From assembly GCA_030390025.1 (NCBI GenBank), contig JASTWF010000033.1, positions 2,110,001-2,174,000 on the forward strand: DNA of 64,000 nucleotides, given 5' to 3'. The position numbers and the translations under genes were made by a program. Below are positions 38,098 to 49,532 of this stretch, piece after piece. Every line of letters starts with the position of its first letter. The stretch's first letter is position 1. The notes under the pieces were generated by a model. It was not told the origin of the DNA, did not search any database, and saw only the letters and a list, made by a program, of their open reading frames with translations. The DNA is from Squalus acanthias. Taxonomy: Eukaryota.

Positions 38098-39978
38098 CAG
38101 TCTTTGATAGGACAGTGTGGAGGGAGATTTACTCTGTATCTAACCCGTGATGTACCTGCCCTGGGAGTATTTGAAGGGGACAGTGTCGAGGGAGCTTTAC
38201 TCTGTATCTAACCCGTGCTGTACCTATCCTGGGAGTGTTTGATGGGACAATGTAGAGGGAGCTTTACTCTGTATCTAACCTGTGCTGTGCCTGCCCTGGG
38301 AGTGTTTAATGGGACAATGTAGAGGGAGCTTTACTCTGTATCTAACCCATGCTGTACCTGCCCTGGGAGTGTTTGATGGGACAATGTAGAGGGAGCTTTA
38401 CTCTGTATCTAACCCATGCTGTACCTGCCCTGGGCGTGTTTGATGGGGACAGTGTAGAGGGAGCTTTACTCTGTATCTAACCCATGCTGCACCTGCCCTG
38501 GGTGTGTTTGATGGGACAGTGCAGAGGGAGCTTTACTCTGTTTCTAACGCATGCTGTACCTGCCCTGGGAGTGTTTGATGGGGTCAGTGTAGAGGGAGCT
38601 TTACTCTGTATCTGACCCATGCTGTACCTACCCTGGGAGTGTTTGATTGGCCTGTGTGGAGGGAGCTTTACTCTGTATCTAACCTATGCTGTACCTGGCC
38701 TGGGAGTGTTTGATTGGCCTGTGTAGAGGGAGCTTTACTCTGTCTCTAACCCGTGCGGTACCTGCCCTGGGAATGTTTGATGGGACAGTGTCGAGGGAGT
38801 TTTACTCTGTATCTAACCCGTGCTGTACCTGCCCTGGCAGTGTTTGATGGGACAATGTGGAGGGAGCTTTACTCTGTATCTAACCCGTGCTGTACCTGCC
38901 CTGGGAGTGTTTGATGGGCCTGTGTCGAGGGAGCTTTACTCTGTATCTAACCTGTGCTGTACCTGCCCTGGGAGTGTTTGATGGGACAGTGTAGAGGGAG
39001 CTTTACTCTGTATCTAACCCGTGCTGTACCTGCCCTGTGAGTGTTTGATGTGACAGTGTAGAGGGAGCTTTAATCTGTATCTAACCCGTGCTGTACCTGC
39101 CCTGGGAGTGTTTGATGGGGACAGTGTAGAGGGAGCTTTACTCTGTATCTAACCCGTGCTGTACCTGCCCTGGGAGTGCTTGATGGGGACAGTGTAGAGG
39201 GAGCTTTACTCTGTATCTAACCCGTGCTGTACCTGCCCTGGGAGTGTTTGATGGGACAGTGCAGAGGGAGCTTTACTCTGTATCTAACCCGTGCTGTACC
39301 TGCCCTGGGAGTGTTTGATGGGACAGTGTAGAGGGAGCTTTACTGTGCTTCTAACCCATGCTGTACCTGCCCTGGGAGTATTTGTTGTGTCAGTGTAGAG
39401 GGAGCTTTACTCTGTATCTAACCCATGCTGTACCTGCCCTGGGAGTGTTTGATGGGCCTGTGTTGAGGGAGTTTTACTTTGTATCTAACCCGTGCTGTAC
39501 CTGCCCTGGGAGTGTTTGATGGGGACAGTGCAGAGGGAGCTTTACTCTATCTAACCCATGCTGTACCTGCCCTGGGAGTGTTTGATGGGGACAGTGTAGA
39601 GGGAGCTTTACTCGGTATCTAACCTGTGCTGTACCTGCCCTGGGAGTGTTTGATGGGCCTGTGTTGAGGGAGCTTTACTCTGTATCTAACCCATGCTTTA
39701 CCTGCCCTGGGAGTGTTTGATGGGACAGTGTCGAGGGAGCTTTACTCTGTATCTAACCCGTGCTGTACCTGCCCTGGGAGTGTTTGATGGGACAGTGTAG
39801 TGGGAGCTTTCCTCTGTATCTAACCCGTGCTGTACCTGCCCTGGGAGTGTTTGATGGGACATTGTAGAGGGAGCTTTACTCTGTATCTAACCCGTGCTGT
39901 ACCTGCCCTGGGAGTGTTTGATGGGCTGTGTAGAGGGAGCTTTACTCTGTATCTAACCCGTGCTGTACCTGTCCTGGG
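38098..39978 (+). repeat. 67-bp satellite, diverged continuation after the Penelope insertion, about 28 copies
   Basis: Same unit, resuming in register at the TSD. Confidence 0.97.
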
Positions 39979-40276
39979 ACTGTGGAGAGGGATGTCAGGT
40001 CCAGGTACAATTTCATTTTTACCATCACTTGCACCAAGTATCACACACTGGAGGTTTATATCAGGAGCTTCTGTGTGATGGTGAGGTGATCACTGGACAA
40101 TAAAGTGCAGAGACTGGTGGGTGGCTGCTCATTATCCTCGGTGTGATTTAATCCCCTTTCCCACTGAATACTGCGGACAGACAGGACCACCTTGGGAACG
40201 GAATGGTCAGTGTGACATCACTTTCTAAACAAGAGCCCACAAGACAATGGGTTCTCAATAAATGTTAAAGGGATTC

Positions 40277-40845
40277 AAAGGCAAATGGTATGTTGGCCTT
40301 CATAGCGAGAGGATTCGAGTGCAGGAGCAAGGATGTCTTGCTGCAGTTGTACAGGGCCTTGGTGAGACCATACCTTGAGTATTGTGTGCAGTTTTGGTCG
40401 CCTTATCTGAGGAAGGATGTTCTTGCCATGGAGGGAGTGCAGCGAAGATTCACCAGACTGATACCTGGGATGGCAGGAATGACGTATGAGGAGAGATTGG
40501 GTCGATTCGGCTTGTATTTGCTAGAGTTTAGAAGAATGAGAGGGGATCTCATTGAAACTTATAAAATTCTAACAGGAATCGACAGACTAGATGCAGGAAG
40601 AATGTTCCCGATGGCCGGGGAGTCCAGAACCAGAGCTCACAGTCTAAGGATAAGGGGTAAGCCATTTTGGACTGAGATAAGGAGGAATTTCTTCACCCAG
40701 AGAGTGGTGAACCTGTGGAATTCTCTACCACAGAAGGCAGTTGAGGCCAATTCATTAAATATATTCAAGAAGAAGTTAGATATATTTCTTAAGGCTAAAG
40801 GGATATGGGGAGAAAGCAGGGACAGGGTACTGAATTTGGATGGTC
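40277..40845 (+). mobile_element. CR1 LINE 3' fragment (ORF2 C-terminus)
   Basis: LYRALVRPYLEYCVQFWSP, RRMRGDLIETYK and FFTQRVVNLWNSLP motifs. Confidence 0.93.
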
Positions 40846-40853
40846 CGACATGC

Positions 40854-40973
40854 AACATAGAAGATAGGAGCAGGAGTAGGCCATTCGGCCCCTCTAGCCT
40901 GCTCCGCCATTCGATGAGATCATGGCTGATCATCCAAATTCAGTGCCCTGTCCCTGCTATCTCCCCATATCCC
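40854..40973 (-). mobile_element. Inverted CR1 3' UTR and tail
   Basis: aacatagaagataggagcaggagtaggccattcggcccctctagcctgctccgccattc is the reverse complement of the CR1 3' UTR type seen on + at 49718-49808. Confidence 0.85.
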
Positions 40974-41488
40974 AGTCGGCATTAGGACCCTGCGGCCGCC
41001 CATCCGGCGGTGCTGTGAGGTCATGGTTCCAGGCTCTGTCTCACCCAATCAGTGGGTCCCGCCAAAGCTCAATAGAAAATACTGCAGCAAAAACAATCCT
41101 GAACATTCACAACTGGGAGCAATCGGCACAGCACAACACAAGTGTGAATTAGTAAACTTTAACACACAGAGTCTGTCACTAATTAGTACAAAGTGCAGGG
41201 CACTGTTGCTCACCTTCAGTCCTGTCCCTCAATCCCAGCTCATCTCTGGGGGATTGTTACAAGGTTCACCCCGTCCTTTCAACACAGATATTACCCACAT
41301 AATCCCACATCAATTAGACATTGCACACAGCTTCTGACAGTTATTAACAAGACTAGACCGATGCTTCAAAGCAAAAAATGATTGCATCCTCCCACCCACT
41401 CAAATATAATGTCTTTATTTATATTAATTAATTTCTGTCTGTCTGTCTTTGTGTGTGTGGGAGTGAGTGCAGTAATAACTCAGACATA

Positions 41489-42731
41489 GTCTAGTAAACA
41501 GAGACCGGGCCGAGTGTAATACAAACAGAGACAGGGTCTAGTGTAATATAAACAGAGACTGGGTCTAGTGCAATATAAACAGTGACAGGGTCTAGTGTAA
41601 TATAAACAGTGACAGGGTCTAGTGTAATATAAACAGAGACAGGGTCTCGTGTAATATAAACCGAGACAGGGTCTCGTGCGATATAAACCGAGACAGGGTC
41701 TAGCGCAAAATAAACCGAGACAGGGCCCAGTGCAATATAAACAGAGACAGGGCCCAGTGCGATATAAACCGAGACAGGGCCTAGTGTGATATAAACCGAG
41801 ACAGGGTCTCGTGTAATATAAACCGAGACAGGGTCTCGTGCGATATAAACCGAGACAGGGCCTAGTGTGATATAAACCGAGACAGGGTCTCGTGCGATAT
41901 AAACCGAGACAGGGTCTCGTGCGATATAAACCGAGACAGGGTCTCGTGTGATATAAACAGAGACAGGGTCTCGTGTAAAATAAACAGAGACAGGGTCTAG
42001 TGTAATATAAACAGAGACAGGGTCTAGTGTAATATAAACCGAGACAGGGCCTAGTGTGATATAAACAGAGACAGGGTCTAGTGTAATATAAACAGAGACA
42101 GGGTCTAGTGTAATATAAACAGAGACAGGGCCTAGTGTGATATAAACAGAGACAGGGTCTAGTGTAATATAAATAGAGACAGGGTCTAGTGTAATATAAA
42201 CAGAGACAGGGCCTAGTGTAATATAAACAGTGACAGGGTCTAGTGTGATATAAACAGAGACAGAGTCTCGTGTAATATAAACAGAGACAGGGCCTAGTAT
42301 AATATAAACCGAGACAGGGCCTAGTGTAATATAAACAGAGACAGGGTCTAGTGTAATATAAACAGAGACAGGGTCTAGTGTGATATAAACAGAGACAGGG
42401 CCTAGTGTAATATAAACAGAGACAGGGTCTAGTGTAATATAAACAGAGACAGGGTCTAGTGTAATATAAACAGAGACAGGGTCTAGTGTAATATAAACAG
42501 AGACAGGGTCTAGTGTAATATAAACAGAGACAGGGTCTAGTGTAATATAAACAGAGACAGGGTCTAGTGTAATATAAACAGAGACAGGGTCTAGTGTAAT
42601 ATAAACAGAGACAGGGTCTAGTGTGATATAAACAGAGACAGGGTCTAGTGTAATATAAACAGAGACAGGGTCTAGTGTAATATAAACAGAGACAGGGTCT
42701 AGTGTAATATAAACAGAGACAGGGTCTAGTG
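41489..42731. repeat. 27-bp minisatellite (GTCTAGTGTAATATAAACAGAGACAGG), about 45 copies
   Basis: Direct periodicity, seen as the 9-aa YYTRPCLCL repeat on -. Units are more homogeneous towards the right end. Confidence 0.97.
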
Positions 42732-42781
42732 CCAGGATATCGGGTCAGGCCCACCTTGTAAAATGAGTTTGACTCCCCTAA

Positions 42782-43197
42782 GGTTGTTCTCCTTCGAGCA
42801 GAGAAGCCCAAGAGGGGATTTGAGAGAGGAGTTTAAAATCACGAAGGGTTTAGATAGAGTAAATAAAGAGAAACTGTTTCCAGTGACTGAAGTGTCGATA
42901 ACCAGAGGGCACTGATTGAAGGTGATTGGCAAAAGAACCAGAGGCGACACGAGGAAAAACCTTTTTACACAACGAGTGGTTAGGATCTGGAATGCACTGC
43001 CTGATAGGGTGGTGGATACAGATTGAATAGGAGCCTTCAAAAGGGAATTGGAGAAATACTTGAAGGAGAAAACATTGCAGGGGTTTGGGGAATGAGCAGG
43101 GGAGTGGGACTAACTGGATTGCTCTTCGAAAGAGCCGGCACAGACTCGATGGGCAGAATAGCCTCCTTCTGTGCGGTACTATTCGATGATTGTATGA
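42782..43197 (+). mobile_element. Degenerate CR1 LINE 3' fragment
   Basis: ttgttctccttcgagcagagaag...tttttacacaacgagtggttaggatctggaatgcactgcctg...gatgggcagaatagcctccttctgtgc...tattcgatgattgtatga, homologous to the other CR1 3' ends in the window. Confidence 0.88.
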
Positions 43198-44689
43198 CAA
43201 TCTCTTTCTATTTTAATATTTATGATATTGTCGACAACACATCCCACAGCTGGAATCTGAGCATCACCCACAGGAGTGTAGACTGATGTGAAACCATCTT
43301 TAATGGTCTACTGACTCCTGACGTAGCTGGAAAAGCTTTTGCTATTATTACCACAATTGGGCACCATCAGCTTTTCCAAAGATCTCTGAGCTTCTCTAAT
43401 GGCTGCTTTCCTCTCCCTCCATTATGGGTGATATTTCTCCCTATTCTCCTGTAAACTGAATCCATCTTGATCTGAACTGGGTTCAATGTGAGACAGTTCG
43501 GGGAGTCAGGCATCATTCACCCCTAGACCTATACTGACAGGTTAAACCCCAGACGGTTCCTCAGTAAGGATTGCTCTGGTTCCTCACCATATATGTGTCA
43601 GGATACTGAAACCCAGCTTTCTCAGTCCACTCCTGGAGGCCCCACTCCCTGAGCCTACAACCTTCAGCAGGGTCAGTGCTGGAGTTCCACAGCGAGAGTG
43701 ATCCCAGAGTAACTGTCGGGATTGCACCCCGTGGATGTTCCGGGTCGTGTATTTTGAGTTATCCTGGTGTCTAACACGCACACATCAATAAAACAGGGAA
43801 TTCCTGGAAACACGCTGCAGGTCCTTCTTTATCTGGAGATCAAATGTCTGTTGTATAATTGTACCAGCAGTTAACAGGCTCCTGTCAACTCCTCCCTCTG
43901 CTATTTTAATGCAGACTTCAACCAATTTATGTTAAACAGGTTTATTTTAAATGAGCTAACACCTGCCTTAAAATGGTAGACTCAGGACTGTCTCACACAC
44001 ACATATTAAATCTTCGTGGAACAATTACCAGTCATTTTTAGACTGGAAACTTAACCCTGCCGTTTCACTTTCAGTCAGGAACAGATCGCAGTTTGACACC
44101 AATCTCTGATTTGACAGCACGTTTCCAGCATTCACCGTTGTTCTTCCTGACTCTAAACACAGGTGTAAAGGAGCATTCTGTTCCGTGCCTTCCGTTCAGT
44201 GTGGAAAATGTGAATGGTTAGAAGACGGAAAATAAAAGGAAATTAAAAGACAAAGCAAAGTGATATCGGTAAGGAATGATGAGTATTCTTTGATGGTTGG
44301 GTCCTGTGAGCGATAACAGCAAGCAGAAGAAGATTTGAGTGTTCGGTCTTTTTTACGGGATTTCAGGAAGTGGATGGATGGCTTTCTCCGTGGAAGGGCT
44401 GAAAACTGTGGACAAGGACTATGACTTTACATGGTTCGACAACATCAAATGATATTCGTTAATGGATTGCCAATAGGACTGGCGTAGAACTGGTATTTAA
44501 TTGTTTTGTTGGGAAGGTTTCAGGTTTTCTGTTTGAAAGCAGTTTACTTGAAGCTCAATTGATTTTCTGATAAGGACTGTGGGAATTTGCACATGGTGAT
44601 GTATTGGTGGTTATGTAGGAACTTATTTTGAGGTTATTGTCTAGTGTTGGTGGGTTTGAAAAGATAAAGTAAATTAATATTGTTAATTT

Positions 44690-44952
44690 ATTGAACGAAC
44701 GGACGCTCGAGTGAACGAACGGACGAACGATTCGAACGAACGCATTCATGCATTTTGGAACTTACACTCGATCGAACGAATGATCACTTGTGCAGTGATA
44801 GAACGAACGATTCGAGCGAATGCACGCAGGCGCGCACTGAGACAAATGATACGCACGCACGCATTCAGACATACGTATTGGAACTTACACTCGATCAAAC
44901 GAACGAACGCTTGAATGAATGAACGAACAATTGAATGAATGATCGAATGAAC
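44690..44952. repeat. Degenerate (GAAC/GAAT)n low-complexity tract with an internal direct repeat
   Basis: Runs of gaacgaac and gaatgaat; ggaacttacactcgatc occurs at about 44757 and about 44880. Confidence 0.6.
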
Positions 44953-45233
44953 AATGCCAGTAGGACTGGCGTAAAACGGGTTTTTTCTTGGTTTATTGGA
45001 ATAAATGTTATCTGTAGCATTTAATTGGATTATGATGGTGCTATGTGTTTGTACACTGGTGTTGAAATGGTTTTTGTTTTATGTGGAGTTAACTTTGAGA
45101 TTTATTATTTTAAATCTAAAAGGTTGTGTGGTATTGTTTAAGGGTATTTGTACTGTAAAGATTATAGATTATTTGTAAAATTAATCATTGCATTTATATT
45201 AACTATAAGGCTGTTTTTAAGGCTTTATTTTTT

Positions 45234-45318
45234 ACTGTGATGGATGAATGTGATGGATGAATGTAATGGATTTACTATGTAATGGATTTACTATGTAATG
45301 GATTTACCATGTAATTGA
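45234..45318. repeat. Short 13/16-bp tandem repeat
   Basis: tgtgatggatgaa twice, then tgtaatggattta(c)ta three times. Confidence 0.8.
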
Positions 45319-45369
45319 TGAGTTGAACAGGTATTATTGTTTTTGAATAAAAATATTCCACTGCAGGAG

Positions 45370-45750
45370 CCCAGTGCGCAGGCGCAGTGCCCGCCCGTAG
45401 CTGGAGCATGCGCAGTGTTACTGTGATCAGAGCCATGCGAGTGCAGGGAGCGGGACGATTTGGGAGACGCGGTTTTTGCGCCGATTACGAATCAGCGGGG
45501 CGCAGGGAGGTAACGCACCCGGCGCGTGAGCTTCGGAAGCACCTGGTGTAGGCCGCAAGCCCGGAATGAGAACCTACAGGTTCCGTGTTTGCAGCTTGGA
45601 GGCTTTTTCCCAGAAACTAGGCCCGTGTTAACGGCGGCCATCTTTGTAAAGCAGCTCCTCGGGTTTTTGCGTCGCCATCTTGCTTCTTCGATGGTAGGGC
45701 GCATGCGTGGCCATCTTTGTAAAGGAGCCACTAGGGGGCGTGGCTTCAGG
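45370..45750. promoter_or_regulatory. CpG-rich promoter-like island with NRF1, YY1 and GC-box motifs, probably belonging to the zinc-finger gene
   Basis: Abrupt CpG enrichment after AT-rich DNA. NRF1-like TGCGCAGGCGCA at 45375-45386, GCATGCGCA at 45406-45414 and GCGCATGCG at about 45699. YY1-like GCCATCTT at about 45637, 45674 and 45710. GGGGCGTGGC at about 45735. Confidence 0.65.
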
Positions 45751-45753
45751 GTC

Positions 45754-46226
45754 CCAGTGAGTGAACTGAACCCAGCCAGAGTCAGCACCTTCAGGGGAGG
45801 AGAGAGAGGGGAACCAGTGAGTGTAGAACTGAACCCAGCCAGAGTCAGCACCTTCAGGGGAGGAGAGAGAGGGGAACCAGTGAATGTAGAACTGAACCCA
45901 GCCAGAGTCAGCACCTTCAGGGGTGGAGAGGGAGGGGAACCAGTGAATGTAGAACTGAACCCAGCCAGAGTCAGCACCTTCAGGGGAGGAGAGGGAGGGG
46001 AACCAGTGAGTGTAGAACTGAACCCAGCCAGAGTCAGCACCTTCAGGGGAGGAGAGGGAGGGGAACCAGTGAGTGTGGAACTGAACCCAGCCACAGTCAG
46101 CACCTTCAGGGGAGGAGAACCAGTGAGTGTAGAACTGAACCCAGCCAGAGTTAGCACCTTCAGGGGAGGAGAGGGAGGGGAACCAGTGAGTGTCGAACTG
46201 AACCCAGCCAGAGTCAGCACCTTCAG
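45754..46226 (+). repeat. 63-bp minisatellite (CCAGTGAGTGTAGAACTGAACCCAGCCAGAGTCAGCACCTTCAGGGGAGGAGAGGGAGGGGAA), about 7.5 copies, one of them 54 bp
   Basis: Direct periodicity, seen as the 21-aa PVSVELNPARVSTFRGGEGGE repeat. Confidence 0.95.
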
Positions 46227-46418
46227 CAAGAAGGAAAATGTGTTGGAGATGGTGCGATGGGTTTGGATTTCAGCACAGGGAGGAGGGAGAGTGTGTGGGA
46301 CGGAGATTTACAGCTTTGGAGGAACAAGAGAGGAAAGTATGTTCCATAGAAACTAGAATTGTCTGTTCTGAATTTCTGTCCTCTACTTAGTAATGAATTT
46401 TATAAACTCCTTTTACAG

Positions 46419-47196
46419 GCTGTGAGAAGGGGAGGATTTACAGACCGGAAACTCAAACCAAACATAATTTCAAGATCTGACGGACTCACTCCATTCATCA
46501 GGACCTGAGTATCATCGGCCTTTGAATGTGGAAGGAGAAATGTTTGTCTGTTCTGTCTGTGGGAAAAGATTTCAAACATCAGTGTGACTGGAAAAGCACC
46601 GAGACACACACACCCGAGTGAGAGTGAGAGTGACTGTGGAAAGAGCTTTAACCAGTTACACAGACTGAAAAAACATCGCACCGTTCACAGCGGGGAGAAA
46701 CCGTACACGTGTTCTGTGTGTGACGAGGCTTCAACTGATCGTCCAACCTGGAGAGACACAAGGACACCCGCACCACGGAGAAACTGTGGAAATGTGGGGA
46801 CTGTTGGAAGGGATTCAATTACCCATCCCAGCTGGAAGCTCATCAACGCAGTCACACTGGGGAGAGACTGTTCACGTGCTCTGTGTGCGGGAAGGGATTC
46901 ACTAACTCCTCCAGCCTCACTTCACACCAATGCATTCACACTGATAAGAGATCTTTTAAATGTTCTGAGTGTGAGAAGAGCTTTAAAAGCACAAGGGATC
47001 TTCTGCCACACCAGCGAGTTCACATTGGGGAGTGGCCGTTCACCTGCTCCCTGTGTGGGAAGGGATTCACTCAGCCATCCCAGCTGCTGACACACCAGCG
47101 AGTTCACACTGGGGAGAGGCCGTTCACCTGCTCCGAATGTGGGAAGGGATCGTTCAGTCATCCCACCTGCTGAGACACCAGCGAGTTCACAAGTGA
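46419..47196 (+). pseudogene. C2H2 (Kruppel-type) zinc-finger gene exon with about 8 finger remnants, disrupted
   Basis: The acceptor ctccttttacag ends at 46418. [19 protein letters not shown] linkers are present. In-frame TGAs and frameshifts interrupt the first three fingers, ACG at 46775 stands where an ATG would fit, and a 1-nt deletion at about 47150 breaks the last finger before AAG TGA (47196). Confidence 0.85.
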
Positions 47197-47577
47197 CTGC
47201 AGGGCTTAGATTCTGCTGTTTTTGCTGCTGTTAATCACATCCAAGACTAAACCATGTTCATTCTGACAGTTGGAGTTTGTTTCTGCTGATAATAACCCCT
47301 CTAACTGGGTTGGAGTTTAATATTTTGATACCTGTCAGACAGATTAACTTTGTTTCGAACACACCGTGGGTCGAATCCTTGATTTCTCCAAGATAAGAGG
47401 AGACTAATTGATGTCCTGTTAATGACTGCTCCATTTTTGGGCCTTTTCTCTTTTCTAACTCAAGATTATTTCAGTTCTCACACCTTTAGTTACTCTCGTG
47501 CTCCAGCCGCAGCTCCCCAAACCTTCCAGAGTGCCTCTCTTAGCCTTGGTATCAAGCGACGGTTTCGGTAACATGTC

Positions 47578-48500
47578 CGTGTACCTGCCCTGGGAGTGTT
47601 GATGGGACAGTGTAGAGGGAGCTTTACTCTGTATCTAACCCATGCTGTACCTGCCATGGGAGTGTTTGATGGGACAGTGCAGAGGGAGCTTTACTTTGTA
47701 TTTAACCCGTGCTGTCCCTTCCCTGGGAGTGTTTGATGGGACAGTATAGAGGGAGCTTTACTCTGTATCTAACCCGTGCTGCACCTGTCCTGGGAGTGTT
47801 TGATGGGGTAGTGTAGAGGAAGCTTTACTCTGTATCTAACCCGTGCTGTACCTGCCCTGGGAGTGTTTGATGGGACAGTGAAGAGGGAGCTTTATTCTGT
47901 ATCTAACCCGTGCTGTAAATTCTTAGGGAGTGTTTGGTGGGACAGTGTCGAGCGAGTTTTACTCTGTATCTAACCTGTGCTGTACCTGCCCTTGGACTGT
48001 TTGGTGGGACAATGTAGAGGGAGCTTTACACTGTATCTAACCCGTGCTGTTCCTTCCCTGTGAGTGTTTGATGGGACAGTGTGGTAGGAGCTTTACTCTG
48101 TATTTAATCTGTGCTGTACCAGCCCTGGGAGTGTATGATGGGATAGTGTAAAGGGAGCTTTACTCTGTCTGTAACCTGTGCTGTACCTGCCCTGGGAGGG
48201 TTTGATGGGACAGTGTAGAGGGAGCTTTAATCTGTATCTAACCCTTGTTGTACCTGCCCTGTGAGTGTTTGATGGGACATTGTAGAGGGAGGTTTACTCT
48301 GTATTTAATCTGTGCTGTACCTGCCCTGGGAGAGTTTGGTGGGACAGTGTAGAGGGAGCTTTACTCTGTATCTAACCCGTACTGTACCTCCCCTGGGAGT
48401 GTTTGATGGGACAGTGCAGAGGGGGCTTTACTCTGTATCTAACCCGTGCTGTACGTGCCCTGGGAGTGTTTGATGGGACAGTATAGAGGGAGCTTTACTC
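47578..48500 (+). repeat. Separate, more diverged array of the 67-bp satellite, about 14 copies
   Basis: Same unit and orientation as 7439-39978. Confidence 0.96.
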
Positions 48501-49532
48501 CAGTGTGGGGTGGTGGATGGAAAATTTTCGGACTGGAGACCAGTTACCAGCGGTGTGCCACAGGGGTCGGTGCTGGGTCCTCTGCTGTTTGTGACTTTTA
48601 TCAATGACTTGGAGGAGGGGACTGAAGGGTGGATCAGTAAATTTGCTGATGACACCAAGATTGGTGGAGTAGTGGATGAGGTGGAGGGCTGTTGTAGGCT
48701 GCAAAGAGACATTGATAGGATGCAGAGCTGGGCCGAAAAATGGCAGATGGAATTTAACCCTGATAAGTGCGAGGTGATTCATTTTGGTAGGGCAAATTTG
48801 AATAAGGATTACAGGGTCAACGGCAGGGTTCTGAGGAACGTGGAGGAACAGAGGGATCTGGGGGTTCATATCCACAGATCTGAAGGTTGCCACTCAAGTG
48901 GATAGAGCAGTAAAGAAGGCCTATAGTGTGTTAGCGTTTATCAACAAAGGGTTTGAGTTTAAGAACCGTGAGGTTATGCTGCAACTGTACAGGACCTTGG
49001 TGAGACCACATTTGGAATATTGTGTGCAGTTCTGGTCACCTCACTATAGGAAGGACGTGGAAGCATTGGAGAGGGTGCAAAGGAGATTTACCAGGATGCT
49101 GCCTGGTTTGGGGGGGAGGTCTTATGAGGAAAGATTGAGGGAGTTGGGGCTTTTCTCTTTAGAGCGGAGGAGGATGCGAGGTGACTTAATAGAGGTTTAT
49201 AAGATGATGAGGGGGATAGATAGAGTGGATGTTCAGAGACTATTTCCTCGGGTGGATGTAGCTGTTACAAGGGGGCATAACTATAAGGTGCATGGGGGGA
49301 GAGAAAGAAGGGATGTCCGAGTTAGATTCTTTACTCAGAGAGTGGTTGGGGTGTGGAATGGACTGCCTGCTGTGATAGTGGAGTCGGACACTTTAGGAAC
49401 TTTCAAGCGGTTATTGGATAAGCACATGGAGCACACCAGAATGATAGGGAGTGGGATAGCTTGATCTTGGTTTCGGACAATGCTTGGCACAACATCGAGG
49501 GCCGAAGGGCCTGTACTGTGCTGTGTTCTATG
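48501..49532 (+). mobile_element. 5'-truncated CR1 LINE (RT with one frameshift near 48880, stop at 49464, 3' tail)
   Basis: SGVPQGSVLGP and KFADDTK, then RPHLEYCVQFWSP in the next frame. Tail gggccgaagggcctgtactgtgctgtgttctatg. Confidence 0.95.

Noticed and set aside
41480..42811. 443-aa Cys/Tyr-rich protein (YYTRPCLCL)n resembling a keratin-associated protein
   Set aside because: It is a translation of a 27-bp minisatellite. Its start lies in an antisense CR1 fragment and there is no gene structure.
45492..46356. 276-aa and 245-aa ORFs across the 63-bp repeat
   Set aside because: Both strands are open because the unit is 63 bp and the flank is GC-rich; no recognisable domain.
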